Virus record (IMG/VR): IMGVR_UViG_3300030012_005163
Location: 96,001 to 160,000 of that record
Source of the DNA: a virus
Length of the DNA: 64,000 nt
Strand: one strand, 5' to 3'
The notes beneath the pieces were generated by a model that worked only from the letters and a program-made list of their open reading frames with translations, was not told the origin of the DNA and ran no database searches. The translations under genes and the position numbers were made by a program. Numbering within the stretch: position 1 is the first letter of the stretch; the number at the start of each line of letters is the position of its first letter. This document shows, in pieces, positions 9,393 to 21,600 of the stretch.

Positions 9393-12300
9393 ATGTCGAA
9401 ATCTGTTCGTATAAGAACAACACCAAATGGAGAGGATAAATATGTTAAAGTCGAACTTAAACAAGATTTTGACTTATTAGAGATTCTAAGTTTAAAAATA
9501 AAACAATCTGATGTTTATGGAAACTTCTGTTCTAATCATGGAGTTGTTGCGGGTAGAGTAATTATTAATAATGGTTTTGGTGTACCAAACGTAAAAGTAT
9601 CTATATTTATACCAAGAAATTCAGATAACCCTATTGTAGAACAATTATACCCTTACGATAGTCCTACACCGGATAAAAAAAATGTTAATGGAATAAGATA
9701 TAATTTATTACCTGATACACAACAAAAATTAAGTCACACACCAGTAGGAACTTTTCCTGATAAAATTAGTATTTTAGATGATAAAACTAATTTAGAGATT
9801 TATGAGAGGTATTATAAATATACTACCACTACTAATGAATCTGGTGATTTTATATTATTTGGTGTTCCCACAGGAAATCAAATACTTCATTATGATATGG
9901 ATGTCAGTGATATTGGTTTTATTTCTGCGAGACCTTATGAATTAATCGAACAAGGTATACCTAAAGAACAATTTCAATCCCCTTTTAAATATAAAAGTAG
10001 TAGAAATTTAGATAGTTTAACTCAAATAGTTAGTGCAAATATAAACATTCAAGTAGAACCTTTTTGGTGTGATAGTTTAAGTACGGGAAGAGTATTAGGT
10101 ATTACAAGAAAAGATATAAGTATTGATTCTTTAGAATTGATACCTACCGCAATGTTTTTTGGTAGTGTTATATCTGATGATGAAAAAGATTCGGTAAATA
10201 AAAATTGTCGCCCTCGTAAGAAAATGGGTCAGATGGATGAAATGATTACGGGTGAAGGGCAAGTAGAGGCAGTATATAGAACAATTGACGGTGACATAGA
10301 AAAGTATGATGTTCCAGAAGATGCTATAGATGAAAATGGTACTTTTGCAATGCAATTACCGATGAATTTAAGAAAAGTAGTAACCGATGAGTTTGGTAAT
10401 TTAGTTCCTAGTCCTGATGGTATAAAAGGTATTGCAACTGAAGCAGATTTTAGATTTAGAATTAGTATGGATGCCACTAGTCAAGATAAGAGACTAAGAC
10501 AACGAGCGAATTATTTAGTCCCTAATTTAACTGGTAACTATAAATTTGACAATTATGATTTAGAAGAGATGCAAGAAGAACAACCTTATCAAATCAATCA
10601 ACAATTATCTACATTTACTCAAAACACACCATATTCTGCGGACACTACTAATCAATATAATTATCTTGAGGATTTTTATACTTTAAGATGGAAAAAAGTA
10701 TATACAGTTAAACAATATATTGGTAGATATCAATCAAACAAAAAAGATAGAAATAGAAATTTCATAGGAATAAAGAGGATACTAGATGGGGTTGGTGTTA
10801 ATAAATTTCCAATTAATAGGTTATTTACTAAAATAAACCCAATATATACTATTTTATGTGTATTATTACAATTTATTGGTATTGTAGTTGCTTTTATCAA
10901 TGGGATATTAAATATTATTAATGGTTTAGTTACGGCAATCTGTAATGTTACACTAATTTGTGGTATTAAATTCGCCTTTTCCGATACTAATTGTAACTTT
11001 TCTAACCCATGTATTCCGGATGCGCAATTTATAGTACTTCAATGGTCACCTTCACTATTTGGTTATACGTTATTTAATTTATGTTTAAAGGGTAAGATAT
11101 GTTTTAAACGTAAATGTATTTTTGCCGGATTTTTATGTAAAAGATGTGATAATGTATGTGCACCTAATAATCCTTCACAACAACATAGTTGTATGAAAGA
11201 TGATAACGGTAATAACATTAATCCTCAAAGTTGTAATTTTTTAAGTAATAAACTATGTAGAAAATTAAATAAATGTACGGAAATGGTTCCTGCAGCAGGT
11301 GAATCAGATCCCGTTACCGGAGAAGAAATATTTTGTTGTAGTAAATGTTGTGGTAAAGTTAATCTCATTTCTTTAAAATGTCCTGAAGAGACAGGTACCG
11401 GTCCTTTTAGACCATCTTGTATAAGAAGTCCTTTTGCGTCCTCTCAATGTAATGACACATATGTTGATTTATTTTCTTGTAAAGAATGTTCGGGGTGGAC
11501 TACACCACAAATTAGAGATTGGGTGGCTTGTAAGTTAGAGGGTGTGGCTACTTTTTTAAATATGTTACAATTTGAGTTTTATAATGATTGGGTTAGTGGT
11601 ACATTATATTTCCCATTGATAAAGAGAAAGTATAAGGTAAGAAAAAGAAAAAAAGGTAGAGGTGATGTTAGAAAAGATAAATTTTGTGACTATGATTGTG
11701 CACCAGATTACCAACAACCACCAACCTATACTCGTTATAGAATTATAGTTAAAAACAATACAGTTAGTAAAGAAGCGGAAATTGAAGTGGGTGGTTGTAA
11801 AGCTAAATTAAGAGGAAGTTATAGATATGTAACTAAATGGTATGGGGAATATGTGGCGGGACAAAATGCTTCTGCCGCACAAGCATTAGCATTAGCGTCG
11901 GCTAAAGAAGAATTGAAATTTGCTGGAAGATTTGTTGATACAGGATATGGATGTACATTAAGATTTAGTGAACCTGCAGTAGAACAAGCATTACAAAATA
12001 ATAGTAGAATAACTATTAGAATGAATGATAATAAAACCACTAAAGATTTTCCTGGACCACATGGTAAACCTAAATATATTAAAGTAGAAGATCCAATTAC
12101 TGGAATAAATGGGTGGGAAAATGTTGGTGGTCATGCACACCATAAGAATAAATGTAATACTGTATATAAGGTAGAAAAAGAAGAATATTTTAGGGATAAT
12201 ATAGGATGCTTACCAACCGATGTCAATGATCCATTTAATAATCCAGATGGTAACCCTTTTGAAAGTCAAGACGGTCCACCTGAAGAAGGTCCATATACAA

Positions 12301-13994
12301 TTAACCCTAATAGTGCTTGCCCACCAAATGGATGTACTTCTCCTTGTAGTTCAGGTGTGCAAGGTTGTACCAATCAATGTAAATGTTATGGACATGAACC
12401 ATATAACGATAGAAATATAAAACATGGTATAGTAAAATATCAAGATGGTAATATATATTATGCATCAATAATTAAAAAAGGTGATCCAGCATTTAATGAA
12501 ACAACCAATGGAGAATTTTATAAAGCAAACTTAATGTTCCCAACAGATTTAGTTGAAATGGGTAGTTCAGTTAATTGTGATATAGATGATGTACCTTTTA
12601 TTATTGGAGAATTAGAACCTACCACATCTAAAGTTAGTGAAGAAGGTATGAAATATAAAATGACTGGTACAAATCCTAAAACAGTAACAGAAGTAGAAGA
12701 TAAAGATGGTGTAGTTAATCTTAGAGCATATGTTTCTTTTGGTTGTGCAAAAATTAATTGTTTAAATACCACTGCGGGTGTTGTACAATCACAAATAGGT
12801 GTTGATTTAATTGATGATAATGATTTAGGGATGGAAATACAACCTTGTTTCACATATTATGATCATGACGATCAAATTAGAGACTATTTCTGTAGAAGAT
12901 TTAGTACTTATAGAGATAATGATTTAAATGTAAATTATATGAGACCTGGTTCTAATGAATTTGATAATTTATATGAAACATACCCAACAGTCACATTAGC
13001 TAGTAATACACAATTTATTATAGATAATATAATTTATCCCGAAACTATTAATGATGGTGATGAATTTATTACAGGTGATAGGTGTGGTTTAAAAAATAAT
13101 GGACAATATTTTTATGGGGCAGGGTGGAATGGTAATACACCGGATACTTTACTTAAATTCCCTACAGAATCAGACATTGATAATAAAAATATACCTAATA
13201 AATTTGGGGTTATGTATAGTACATCTCAAACACCATATTATCATTATTTTGGTTTAGTACCAGGAAAAACTGCATTACACCGCTTAGTTTCATTATTTTT
13301 CGCAGATATTATAAGTGAAGTAACTTTACAAGGTTTAGGTAATAATGAAGACGCAGCACAAAACACATATAACCAACCTAATTTTAGGAATATAGAACAA
13401 AATAAATTTACTGTATTAAGAAGTTGTTTGGGAGAGGCACAAATTGCAAGTGCTACTGAAACAAGTGCAGCTAATGATGTTGCTATTGTGGTTGGTAATA
13501 CAATAGTAAATAAAGGTATTGGTGCAGGTGGGGGGGTAAGTACACCTGCACCCCCAATAACTGACTATACTGTAAATGGTATTACTACTGTAGGTAATAC
13601 AAATGTCTATTCTACTAACCAAACTAATAATGTAGGACAAATAAGTCCTACTACTATTACTGTTACTTCTGTACCTGCCCAATTAAAAATAGAAATATTT
13701 GGTGGATCAACTCCATCTTCTGGACCGTCAATGGGTGGTGGGACATTTAATATTTATGATAATGGAACAACTAATCCTGTGTCTACTAGTGTTATTTCAC
13801 AGTATGGAGAAACTTCTTCATTAGGTGCAGGAGGTCAAGCTATTACTAATGACGGAACTAATCAATCGGTAGTTGCAAATGAAAATGAAACAATAACTTA
13901 TTCTTTTAGTATTTTACAAATAGGTACGTATAATGTTTATATGGCTTATTCTTCTTTAGGAAATAATAATGATGGTTTTATGAAAATAAGTTAG
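9393..13994 (+). CDS. Large baseplate/tail structural protein (1533 aa) with hydrophobic segment and Cys-rich region
   Basis: Position in the baseplate cluster; beta-rich N-terminus, hydrophobic stretch near 10833-10943, many Cys, Ser/Thr-rich C-terminal domain. Confidence 0.65.
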   Translation: MSKSVRIRTTPNGEDKYVKVELKQDFDLLEILSLKIKQSDVYGNFCSNHGVVAGRVIINNGFGVPNVKVSIFIPRNSDNPIVEQLYPYDSPTPDKKNVNGIRYNLLPDTQQKLSHTPVGTFPDKISILDDKTNLEIYERYYKYTTTTNESGDFILFGVPTGNQILHYDMDVSDIGFISARPYELIEQGIPKEQFQSPFKYKSSRNLDSLTQIVSANINIQVEPFWCDSLSTGRVLGITRKDISIDSLELIPTAMFFGSVISDDEKDSVNKNCRPRKKMGQMDEMITGEGQVEAVYRTIDGDIEKYDVPEDAIDENGTFAMQLPMNLRKVVTDEFGNLVPSPDGIKGIATEADFRFRISMDATSQDKRLRQRANYLVPNLTGNYKFDNYDLEEMQEEQPYQINQQLSTFTQNTPYSADTTNQYNYLEDFYTLRWKKVYTVKQYIGRYQSNKKDRNRNFIGIKRILDGVGVNKFPINRLFTKINPIYTILCVLLQFIGIVVAFINGILNIINGLVTAICNVTLICGIKFAFSDTNCNFSNPCIPDAQFIVLQWSPSLFGYTLFNLCLKGKICFKRKCIFAGFLCKRCDNVCAPNNPSQQHSCMKDDNGNNINPQSCNFLSNKLCRKLNKCTEMVPAAGESDPVTGEEIFCCSKCCGKVNLISLKCPEETGTGPFRPSCIRSPFASSQCNDTYVDLFSCKECSGWTTPQIRDWVACKLEGVATFLNMLQFEFYNDWVSGTLYFPLIKRKYKVRKRKKGRGDVRKDKFCDYDCAPDYQQPPTYTRYRIIVKNNTVSKEAEIEVGGCKAKLRGSYRYVTKWYGEYVAGQNASAAQALALASAKEELKFAGRFVDTGYGCTLRFSEPAVEQALQNNSRITIRMNDNKTTKDFPGPHGKPKYIKVEDPITGINGWENVGGHAHHKNKCNTVYKVEKEEYFRDNIGCLPTDVNDPFNNPDGNPFESQDGPPEEGPYTINPNSACPPNGCTSPCSSGVQGCTNQCKCYGHEPYNDRNIKHGIVKYQDGNIYYASIIKKGDPAFNETTNGEFYKANLMFPTDLVEMGSSVNCDIDDVPFIIGELEPTTSKVSEEGMKYKMTGTNPKTVTEVEDKDGVVNLRAYVSFGCAKINCLNTTAGVVQSQIGVDLIDDNDLGMEIQPCFTYYDHDDQIRDYFCRRFSTYRDNDLNVNYMRPGSNEFDNLYETYPTVTLASNTQFIIDNIIYPETINDGDEFITGDRCGLKNNGQYFYGAGWNGNTPDTLLKFPTESDIDNKNIPNKFGVMYSTSQTPYYHYFGLVPGKTALHRLVSLFFADIISEVTLQGLGNNEDAAQNTYNQPNFRNIEQNKFTVLRSCLGEAQIASATETSAANDVAIVVGNTIVNKGIGAGGGVSTPAPPITDYTVNGITTVGNTNVYSTNQTNNVGQISPTTITVTSVPAQLKIEIFGGSTPSSGPSMGGGTFNIYDNGTTNPVSTSVISQYGETSSLGAGGQAITNDGTNQSVVANENETITYSFSILQIGTYNVYMAYSSLGNNNDGFMKIS

Positions 13995-13997
13995 AAA

Positions 13998-14006
13998 ATA
14001 TTTATA
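13998..14006 (+). promoter_or_regulatory. ATATTTATA putative late-promoter motif
   Basis: 4 nt before ATG 14011. Confidence 0.55.
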
Positions 14007-14010
14007 AGTA

Positions 14011-16014
14011 ATGGATGAAAAATTTAAAATATTATTAAATAAAGAAAAATCAGTTAGATCGGTAAATGTAACTTCACATGTTCCTTTAAATTTAGAGAAT
14101 AGTAATAAAATTATACCACTAAGTAATGAAGAAACAATAGTTAATAGTTACGAACAATTCGAAAAAGAAAGAAGAGAGTGTAATAAATATAGATTTTATG
14201 GTACATTAAATACTATGGCTAGTAATAGTTTATATAATGAAAATGTAAGGTTAGTTGATGAAACTCTACCAAATAGTATTACACCTAATATATCTAGTAA
14301 AATAATACCTGCCAACAGTATCTTTGTTAATGATGGGTGGTATGGTTATTATGAACCACCTGACACTGATGAAGCACAAATTCAAAATGACAATGAATCT
14401 TCCACGTGTCAGTTTAAAACTTTTGATCCTGGTTACAATAGATTATTAATGATTGATGATGATGGTAAACAAAACTATTTATTAAAAATTACTTATCCAT
14501 TTGATACAAGAGATATTAATTTAGTAGAAAATAATAATGGTATTTCTTTAAAAGATGGAATTCAAATTATTGAAAAAGGAACTGTTAAAATTAATAATAG
14601 AAGTTATGTTTATTTTAAGACACCAATTAATCATGGATTAAATGCTGAAGACGAAATTAAACTATATAATTTTGTAGATAATACTAATAATGGTTTATAT
14701 TTAGATGAAAGAAATTTTATTGTAACTAAGTTAGGGGATCAACAAAATAGTAATTTAAATAGAATATTTGTGATAGATATTAATCCTGCAGATATAGACT
14801 TTAATTTAGGTACATCTACGATAAAAAGAGTGGTAGATGACATAGAATCTGAATACTATGTAAGAAGATTAAAATCGTTAACAGAAGTGGAAAAAGATTA
14901 CGATATATATCCTGCAGCATATGGAGTTAATTATTTTGATGATAGAAAAGCAGGTTTTTATTTTAAAAAAGATATAGATGTTGAAGGGTTGAGAGATAAT
15001 TTAGGTAGACCATTAAGTGAGTTATTTTTTACTATTGTTAAAAATGATAATGACAGTGATTATTCTTCTATTAATAATGTTTATTGGAGAGACAAACAAA
15101 AAAATTTACCAGATGACATAAAAAATAGATTTTGGATGCCTATTGCTGCCGGATATGAAACCGAACAAAATGTTAACGTTAATTACAATATAAGGGCATT
15201 TAGTTCTAATTATCCAAATGGGGATCCTAATTACCCACAAGTTTATTTTACTAATATAGATGAAAGTAATGAGATATTTGATAACGATATTGTAGAATAT
15301 AATGAAAGTCTATTGAAAGAAATTTCATTAGAAAATATATTTCACCGAATAAATACGGTTTATAGACAAAATTTAAACTTAATAGATTCTGAAAAAGTAG
15401 ATAAAAGAGAAGGTTATATTTATAATCCTCATACTCCTATAATAATTAGGGAATTTTCCGATTATATTGAGGAGGGTGATACACAAAATACTTTAAATAT
15501 TCCAGATTATTCACACTTAAAATTTTCTGCACATACTGAGAGTTTACCTACAGGTATTTTAAAAACACGACCTTTAACAAAAGAATCTAAAGTTTATAGA
15601 TGGAGAGATTTTTTAGAAATTGGATTTATAGATGGTAATGGTAGGGGTGTGGACTATCCTTTTGAAAGTGGTGCACATTATTTATATTTAGAAAATACTT
15701 TTTACTTATATAGACAAGATCCTCCCTGTATAGTTAACTTTACTCTACAAGAGGTAAACTTACCTTCAGAAAAAGATAAATTTTTATCTTTAGTTGGTGA
15801 ACCCACTTTCTTTGATTATAAAGTAGAAGATTTAATAAGTATTTTACCGGGCGGTGCACCAGTTAATTTATTAGACCCTAATCTTTCACCTACTACAGTA
15901 GATATAAGATTTATAACCTACTCTGGAGAATATGAGTTAGGTGAGAGAGACACACCAGGAGGATGTGTAGATTATTCATCATTACAAAATCAAAACATTA
16001 CTGATGACTGTTAA
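14011..16014 (+). CDS. Putative tail/baseplate structural protein
   Basis: 667-aa ORF in the structural cluster. Confidence 0.6.
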   Translation: MDEKFKILLNKEKSVRSVNVTSHVPLNLENSNKIIPLSNEETIVNSYEQFEKERRECNKYRFYGTLNTMASNSLYNENVRLVDETLPNSITPNISSKIIPANSIFVNDGWYGYYEPPDTDEAQIQNDNESSTCQFKTFDPGYNRLLMIDDDGKQNYLLKITYPFDTRDINLVENNNGISLKDGIQIIEKGTVKINNRSYVYFKTPINHGLNAEDEIKLYNFVDNTNNGLYLDERNFIVTKLGDQQNSNLNRIFVIDINPADIDFNLGTSTIKRVVDDIESEYYVRRLKSLTEVEKDYDIYPAAYGVNYFDDRKAGFYFKKDIDVEGLRDNLGRPLSELFFTIVKNDNDSDYSSINNVYWRDKQKNLPDDIKNRFWMPIAAGYETEQNVNVNYNIRAFSSNYPNGDPNYPQVYFTNIDESNEIFDNDIVEYNESLLKEISLENIFHRINTVYRQNLNLIDSEKVDKREGYIYNPHTPIIIREFSDYIEEGDTQNTLNIPDYSHLKFSAHTESLPTGILKTRPLTKESKVYRWRDFLEIGFIDGNGRGVDYPFESGAHYLYLENTFYLYRQDPPCIVNFTLQEVNLPSEKDKFLSLVGEPTFFDYKVEDLISILPGGAPVNLLDPNLSPTTVDIRFITYSGEYELGERDTPGGCVDYSSLQNQNITDDC

Positions 16015-16903
16015 TAAATATAAAATACCAATTAGGGATATAAGTGTATCTGGTTCTTCTATTAATTTAAACATTAATCTAGATTTTACACCTGTGGATA
16101 ATACAGAGTTAATTAAAACTAAATTAATAGACGATGAAAAAGAAAAAAGCATTAATCCTATTATTGATTATAAAAAAGTAAGATTTTTTCCGGCAGACAA
16201 TAATTGGAATCTTATAAGAAAATTTAAAATTAATATGAACTTTTTTGTAGAAAAAAGTAATGGGTATTTTTATAGTAATCCACCTAGTTACAATGGTGCT
16301 TCTCCTTATGGTGATATAGGTTTTAGATTCGATGATTTGTTTTGTAGGACAGAAAGATTAATGAGTAGTTTTGTTAGATTTAATTATTATGATTCTAAAG
16401 ATTTACCTAATAATTTAATATATTCTACTAACATATACACACAGATATTAAACGATCAAAAAAATGACTATGGATTTGTTCTACCAAAGGACGAATGTCC
16501 AGTTAGTTTTGTGTTAGGGGATGCAACTTTAGAACCTGAAACGGTACATGAAGGATTTTACTTTTATTGGTTTCAAGATTTAGTGGATAATGCACCTAAT
16601 CAAGAATATGTTGTCTACTTAGAAGTTACTTTTCAAAATGCAGGTAATGGGCAGTCTACTTTACATTATTCAAAAAAGACTGTAAATTATAATACATTGA
16701 GTTTTAATGAAATTAATGATAATAGATTTTTAAAAGTGGTATTGAAAAATGATAATGGAATTTATAAGTATAGATTTGAACCTAATTCCCAGCAAACCGC
16801 ATTTAACGGTGGACCGGGAGGAATAAACCTAAACCCACAGAGTGGGTTATCAGATTTGCCTTACTTAACTTTTTGGCAAATAGAACCAAATATAGGAAAC
16901 TAA
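16004..16903 (+). CDS. Putative structural protein
   Basis: 299-aa ORF overlapping its neighbours (coupled). Confidence 0.6.
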   Translation: MTVNKYKIPIRDISVSGSSINLNINLDFTPVDNTELIKTKLIDDEKEKSINPIIDYKKVRFFPADNNWNLIRKFKINMNFFVEKSNGYFYSNPPSYNGASPYGDIGFRFDDLFCRTERLMSSFVRFNYYDSKDLPNNLIYSTNIYTQILNDQKNDYGFVLPKDECPVSFVLGDATLEPETVHEGFYFYWFQDLVDNAPNQEYVVYLEVTFQNAGNGQSTLHYSKKTVNYNTLSFNEINDNRFLKVVLKNDNGIYKYRFEPNSQQTAFNGGPGGINLNPQSGLSDLPYLTFWQIEPNIGN

Positions 16904-17673
16904 TGGATATAATAAGATTAAAAAGATGTATAGAAAATTATGTTAGTAGAGAATCTAATGATACTTATGGTGATATAATTAGTGAAACTATTAACTTAAA
17001 TTTATTTTTGACTCAAAAAATGGATGATCAAGGAATATTTACTGATGCGCCATTTAAACCTTTACTACCTTATTTAACTCAAAGACCAACAGACTTAGGT
17101 AATTTTAATTCTTTTACCTATGGTAGATTTCCTGCAGCACCTTTATCCTTTTACATTAATCCTTCTATAAAAGTTAGGGGTACAAGTGATGATGGAAAAT
17201 TACCAAATGTATCTTCATACAGAGTTGATCCTGTTACAGGTAATCCCATATATGTAAATAATTTAGATATGACAGGTAATTCTGACTTAATATTTACGGG
17301 TGTTATTAATCAAGATAATGAAAAAGTACATTATGTATTAAATGCTGATAAAAATGATGTAAATAATACGGGTGTTCATTTTATTACTTTTTTAAATCAA
17401 TATGCTAACACAATAGATGAGGAAGGTAATTTAAAAAGATATTTAAAAACAGAATTTTATAGTGATTTGGATAGTATAAACGAAAATAATGTAACATTAT
17501 CCGCATTAACAAAACAAGAAGAATATTTAGGTTTAGTTTTTAAACCAGAAGTTGATAGTGAAGTATTTATTAATAGAGGTGTGGCGGACATTTTTGAAAG
17601 ACATGCTCTATTATGTGAAATAAAAACAACTAATGATATAGACACAAATAGGGGAGGATTTATAAGAACATAA
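16903..17673 (+). CDS. Putative structural protein
   Basis: TAATG coupling makes ATG 16903 more likely than the 16873 start in the track. Confidence 0.6.
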   Translation: MDIIRLKRCIENYVSRESNDTYGDIISETINLNLFLTQKMDDQGIFTDAPFKPLLPYLTQRPTDLGNFNSFTYGRFPAAPLSFYINPSIKVRGTSDDGKLPNVSSYRVDPVTGNPIYVNNLDMTGNSDLIFTGVINQDNEKVHYVLNADKNDVNNTGVHFITFLNQYANTIDEEGNLKRYLKTEFYSDLDSINENNVTLSALTKQEEYLGLVFKPEVDSEVFINRGVADIFERHALLCEIKTTNDIDTNRGGFIRT

Positions 17674-17685
17674 AAAAAATTAATT

Positions 17686-18600
17686 ATGGCAACAGGAAAT
17701 TATGGAACAATAAGACCGGCAGATGTATCGGTAGAGGACGTAGAAATTTTATATTCTTTTAGTCCTACTAGAGGTAATAACAGTAGTGAAAGTACTTTAT
17801 TAAGTTTAGACCCTTCACAAGTATTAGTACCAACAAATAACCCAAATGATGGTAGTGAAATTTTAGGGGGTGCATATACACTTAAATTACCTACTAATGA
17901 GTTTACTGCAAAAGGTTTTTATAATATCATTATAAGACCTAAACAAATAAGAACCACTATACAAGCTTGTGGAGTTTTATCTAGTAGTCCTGATATTATT
18001 GGTGTGGTTTTACAAATTAACGATCCTAATATTGATGCATCAGATAAAGTTAAATTTGAAAATGGTAAATTAGTTGGATATAGAATTGAATATCTTACAA
18101 CTAACACTAATAGTTCACAAAAAAAGATGCAGAATTTATTCAGAATAATTACATCTAATAATAGAGTATTATCTGTAGCAGAAAATTTGAGTAATGCGTC
18201 AGCACAAGTCGCATCTTATTCTTTTGATGATAGTTCTGATTTAGTTTTTTGTACACTAACACCCTCATCTGCACCATCAATTAAACCCGATGTGTTACCT
18301 TATATTGGTGAACCGGGACAAGAAATTATAATTACTAATACTTTCTTCAACCCAATTATGTTAGAAGTTGAAATGGTAGAATATGATGACGAAACCTTAG
18401 CATATGCACTTTATGGTAACCAAACAAAATCTTTAGATGATGGTATTTATACTATATACAACTTTGAAGATGAAATTTATAAACAATATGTATTATTTGA
18501 AATCAAAGACCAATTTACAGGTAAACCATTGTATGAGGTTAGAGAAGAATTACAAAACCCAGATTTTAGTAAGGAATTTGGCGATATAACAGATGTATAG
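17686..18600 (+). CDS. Putative structural protein
   Basis: 304-aa ORF starting MATGNYGTIRPADV in the structural cluster. Confidence 0.6.
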   Translation: MATGNYGTIRPADVSVEDVEILYSFSPTRGNNSSESTLLSLDPSQVLVPTNNPNDGSEILGGAYTLKLPTNEFTAKGFYNIIIRPKQIRTTIQACGVLSSSPDIIGVVLQINDPNIDASDKVKFENGKLVGYRIEYLTTNTNSSQKKMQNLFRIITSNNRVLSVAENLSNASAQVASYSFDDSSDLVFCTLTPSSAPSIKPDVLPYIGEPGQEIIITNTFFNPIMLEVEMVEYDDETLAYALYGNQTKSLDDGIYTIYNFEDEIYKQYVLFEIKDQFTGKPLYEVREELQNPDFSKEFGDITDV

Positions 18601-18611
18601 TATTAATATGA

Positions 18612-21600
18612 ATGCCACATAACAATCAAAATAATAATCAAACTAATAATAACTCTAATAAGGTTATTAAAGTAACTGGTTATGCCAAAAGAAAATTTTT
18701 TGATGGTGGTATAGAATATAGAGATTTTAGTGATGATTTAGTAGGTTTACAATTAACTAATGAAGGGGGTACACCTTTATTTACATTGGGTAATTTTAAA
18801 GTTACTACTAACTTAAGTCCTAAATTAAATAAAACTTATAATCAAGGAACTTATTCTGATTTTTTTAGTTTAGATGATTTAGATGATGGACAACAGATAA
18901 GTTTAAAAGTACAAAAAAATCAAAAAGCAGGGTTAAATTTAGACATTACTAACCCATTAAGTTATATACTCTATGGTTCTGCAGAAGAGAAAATAAGAGT
19001 ATCTTTAGAATATATCAATGAATATTTTCCGGCAGCCATTTATGTAGATAATGTTATAGGTACAGTTAGTGGTAATAATATTACTAACTATAGTTATGAT
19101 AGTTTAAGTGATGAATCCACATTTTATATTAACACAAATTACTTTAACAATCCTTTTAATATAAAATATACAGTGGATAGGAAAAATACTTCTGATGAAG
19201 ACACTTCTAATCCTTTGAGAAATTTAACTTTGAATCATAAAAATTATGTTGTAGAACACAATGGAATAAGTAAAAAAATTAAATTTTTAACCGGTTCTAC
19301 CACTACAACAAATGGGATAATTAGAGTAGTTGTAGACGGAAACCCATTTCCTGAAATAACAGGTATAAATTTTTCACAGTTTACTTTTTTAAATGGAGCA
19401 TCAAATGCATCTATACCATTTTTTATTAAACCTAATGAAATACAATCTGAAAATTTCTTTGCTGGATTAAATAATTTAGAAAAAAACATTTTAAATAGAA
19501 ATGTTTATCCTATTTATACGGCTACTTTCAGTACTCCTAAAGAAACTAGTCAAGGTGTAATTGTATATAGTGATGAAAAATTAACCTTTCCAATATTAAG
19601 TGATGGTTATAATTTGAATTTCTTTGATGGACTTTATGTAACTTATCTTAATAATTTAATTTCTATTGGTGAAAATTTAGATAAATTTAAAACTGATATT
19701 ATAAAAAGAAAATACACTGCAGAAGTTATTACAGGTTTTGATACTTTACCATCTGGTGACGGATCTGAAGATTTAGAATTAGATGGTGCAAAAGCAACAA
19801 AACTATTAAGAATTTATGGTATAGAATTCGATGAAATTAAAAAATATATTGATGGTATTAAATTTGCACATGTTATAACTTATGATAAGAAAAATAATAC
19901 ACCGGATAGTTTAGTTAAAGATTTAGCTAATATGTTAGGGTTTGGTGAATTTGATTTTTTAACTGATGCAAATATACTAAAAAATGTTTTACCCAGTAAT
20001 GGAGTTGGTTTAATGAGTGGTACATCCACCAATCTTAGTTTAGAAGAAATAGATATAGAATTATATAGAAGATTAATTTTAAATGTTGCATGGTTATGGA
20101 AAAGTAAAGGTGCTAGAAAAGCAATAGAATTTTTATTTAGATTTATTGGTGCACCTGAATCTTTAGTTAATTTTGATGAATATATTGTTTTAGCAGATAA
20201 ACCAGTAAACATATCACAACTTAAAAGTATGTTATATGTTTATACAGGAAGTTCTGATTTAAAAGACTTACCATTTGATAGTGATGGTTATCCATTACCT
20301 ACACCTAATGGTGAAAAAGTTTTAATTGGGTTTGATAATACAACTACACCCCCATCTCCAATATATGACACTAGTTGGTTTCAAAAAGAAGGTGGTTGGT
20401 ATAGAGAAACAGGTGGGTTAAACCCACCAATAGACATAACCGAAGGTAATAATGCACATGAAGGACCTTATGATAGAGGTTCTTTTTATATGAATCAGTT
20501 TACTACATCTATTTACCCCAATGATATAACCAGTAATTTTATTACCTTAACAGGTAACACCATATATCAAAACCAATTTTTTAATTATAATGATGGTTTT
20601 ATTAACGGTACAATAGATAATGATATTTTATATATCACCCCTATTAATCCATTAAATAATCAAATTATAACGGAAGGTCTTGAAATTGAATTTTCAATAG
20701 TACCTTCACCCCCTATCTCCGGTGGGACTACCATATTTCAAGATTTATGTATTCAAGCAAAAGAAGAATATGATGCATGGGTAGAATTAATTAAAGAAAA
20801 TTGTGAATTAGTTTATTCTCCTGAATGGTTTAGAGTACAACAAAATTATATTGTCGCAAAAAATAATTTAAACAAGGAAATTAGTAGTAGAAATGGAAAT
20901 GATAATGATGCTTTAGAAATATGTATCAATTTTGACTGTGATAGTATTGAAGTAGTTCAAAACCCATGTGAACAATATACTATGGTTGAGGACGATGGTT
21001 TAATTTATTTTGTAGACGAAAATGGAAATCAAGTGAATTTTGATTCTTTCCCACAATGTTGTGTTGCAGCAGGTGGAGAGTATTTTTCTTATATAAATCA
21101 AAGTGGACAAGAATCTTTATTTTGTGCTAAAGAACCCCCATGTATAGGTAAACCAATTAATACTACAGGTGAGGCAGTTGTGTGGGAAATAGAGGGAGTA
21201 AATGCAGTACCTGATAATATAATAGAAATTAGACCATCAACTAAACCAGTACCACAATATGAGGATAAATGTATTAGACAATCTAATAGGGTAAGATTTG
21301 ATTCTGAAGAAAGTAGAATAAAGTTTCTTCAAGATTGTACAACCAGACTACGTTTAGAAAGTGGTGTAGGTGAAAGTAATGGTATTTCTGGTTGTTATCA
21401 ATTAACAGAAGCAGGAGAATTTTATTTTGGGTTTAAATCTAAAGCAAATAACACTGAGTTTACAACTCGAATTAGTAAAAATGAAGCTCCCTATGTAGTA
21501 TATGATAAAAATAGTAAACCGGTAGGTTATATACCTAATACAACCGGTATTAGTTTAATTAGTGAAGGGGTGTCTGCAATGAATTATGTTAAAAGAAATA

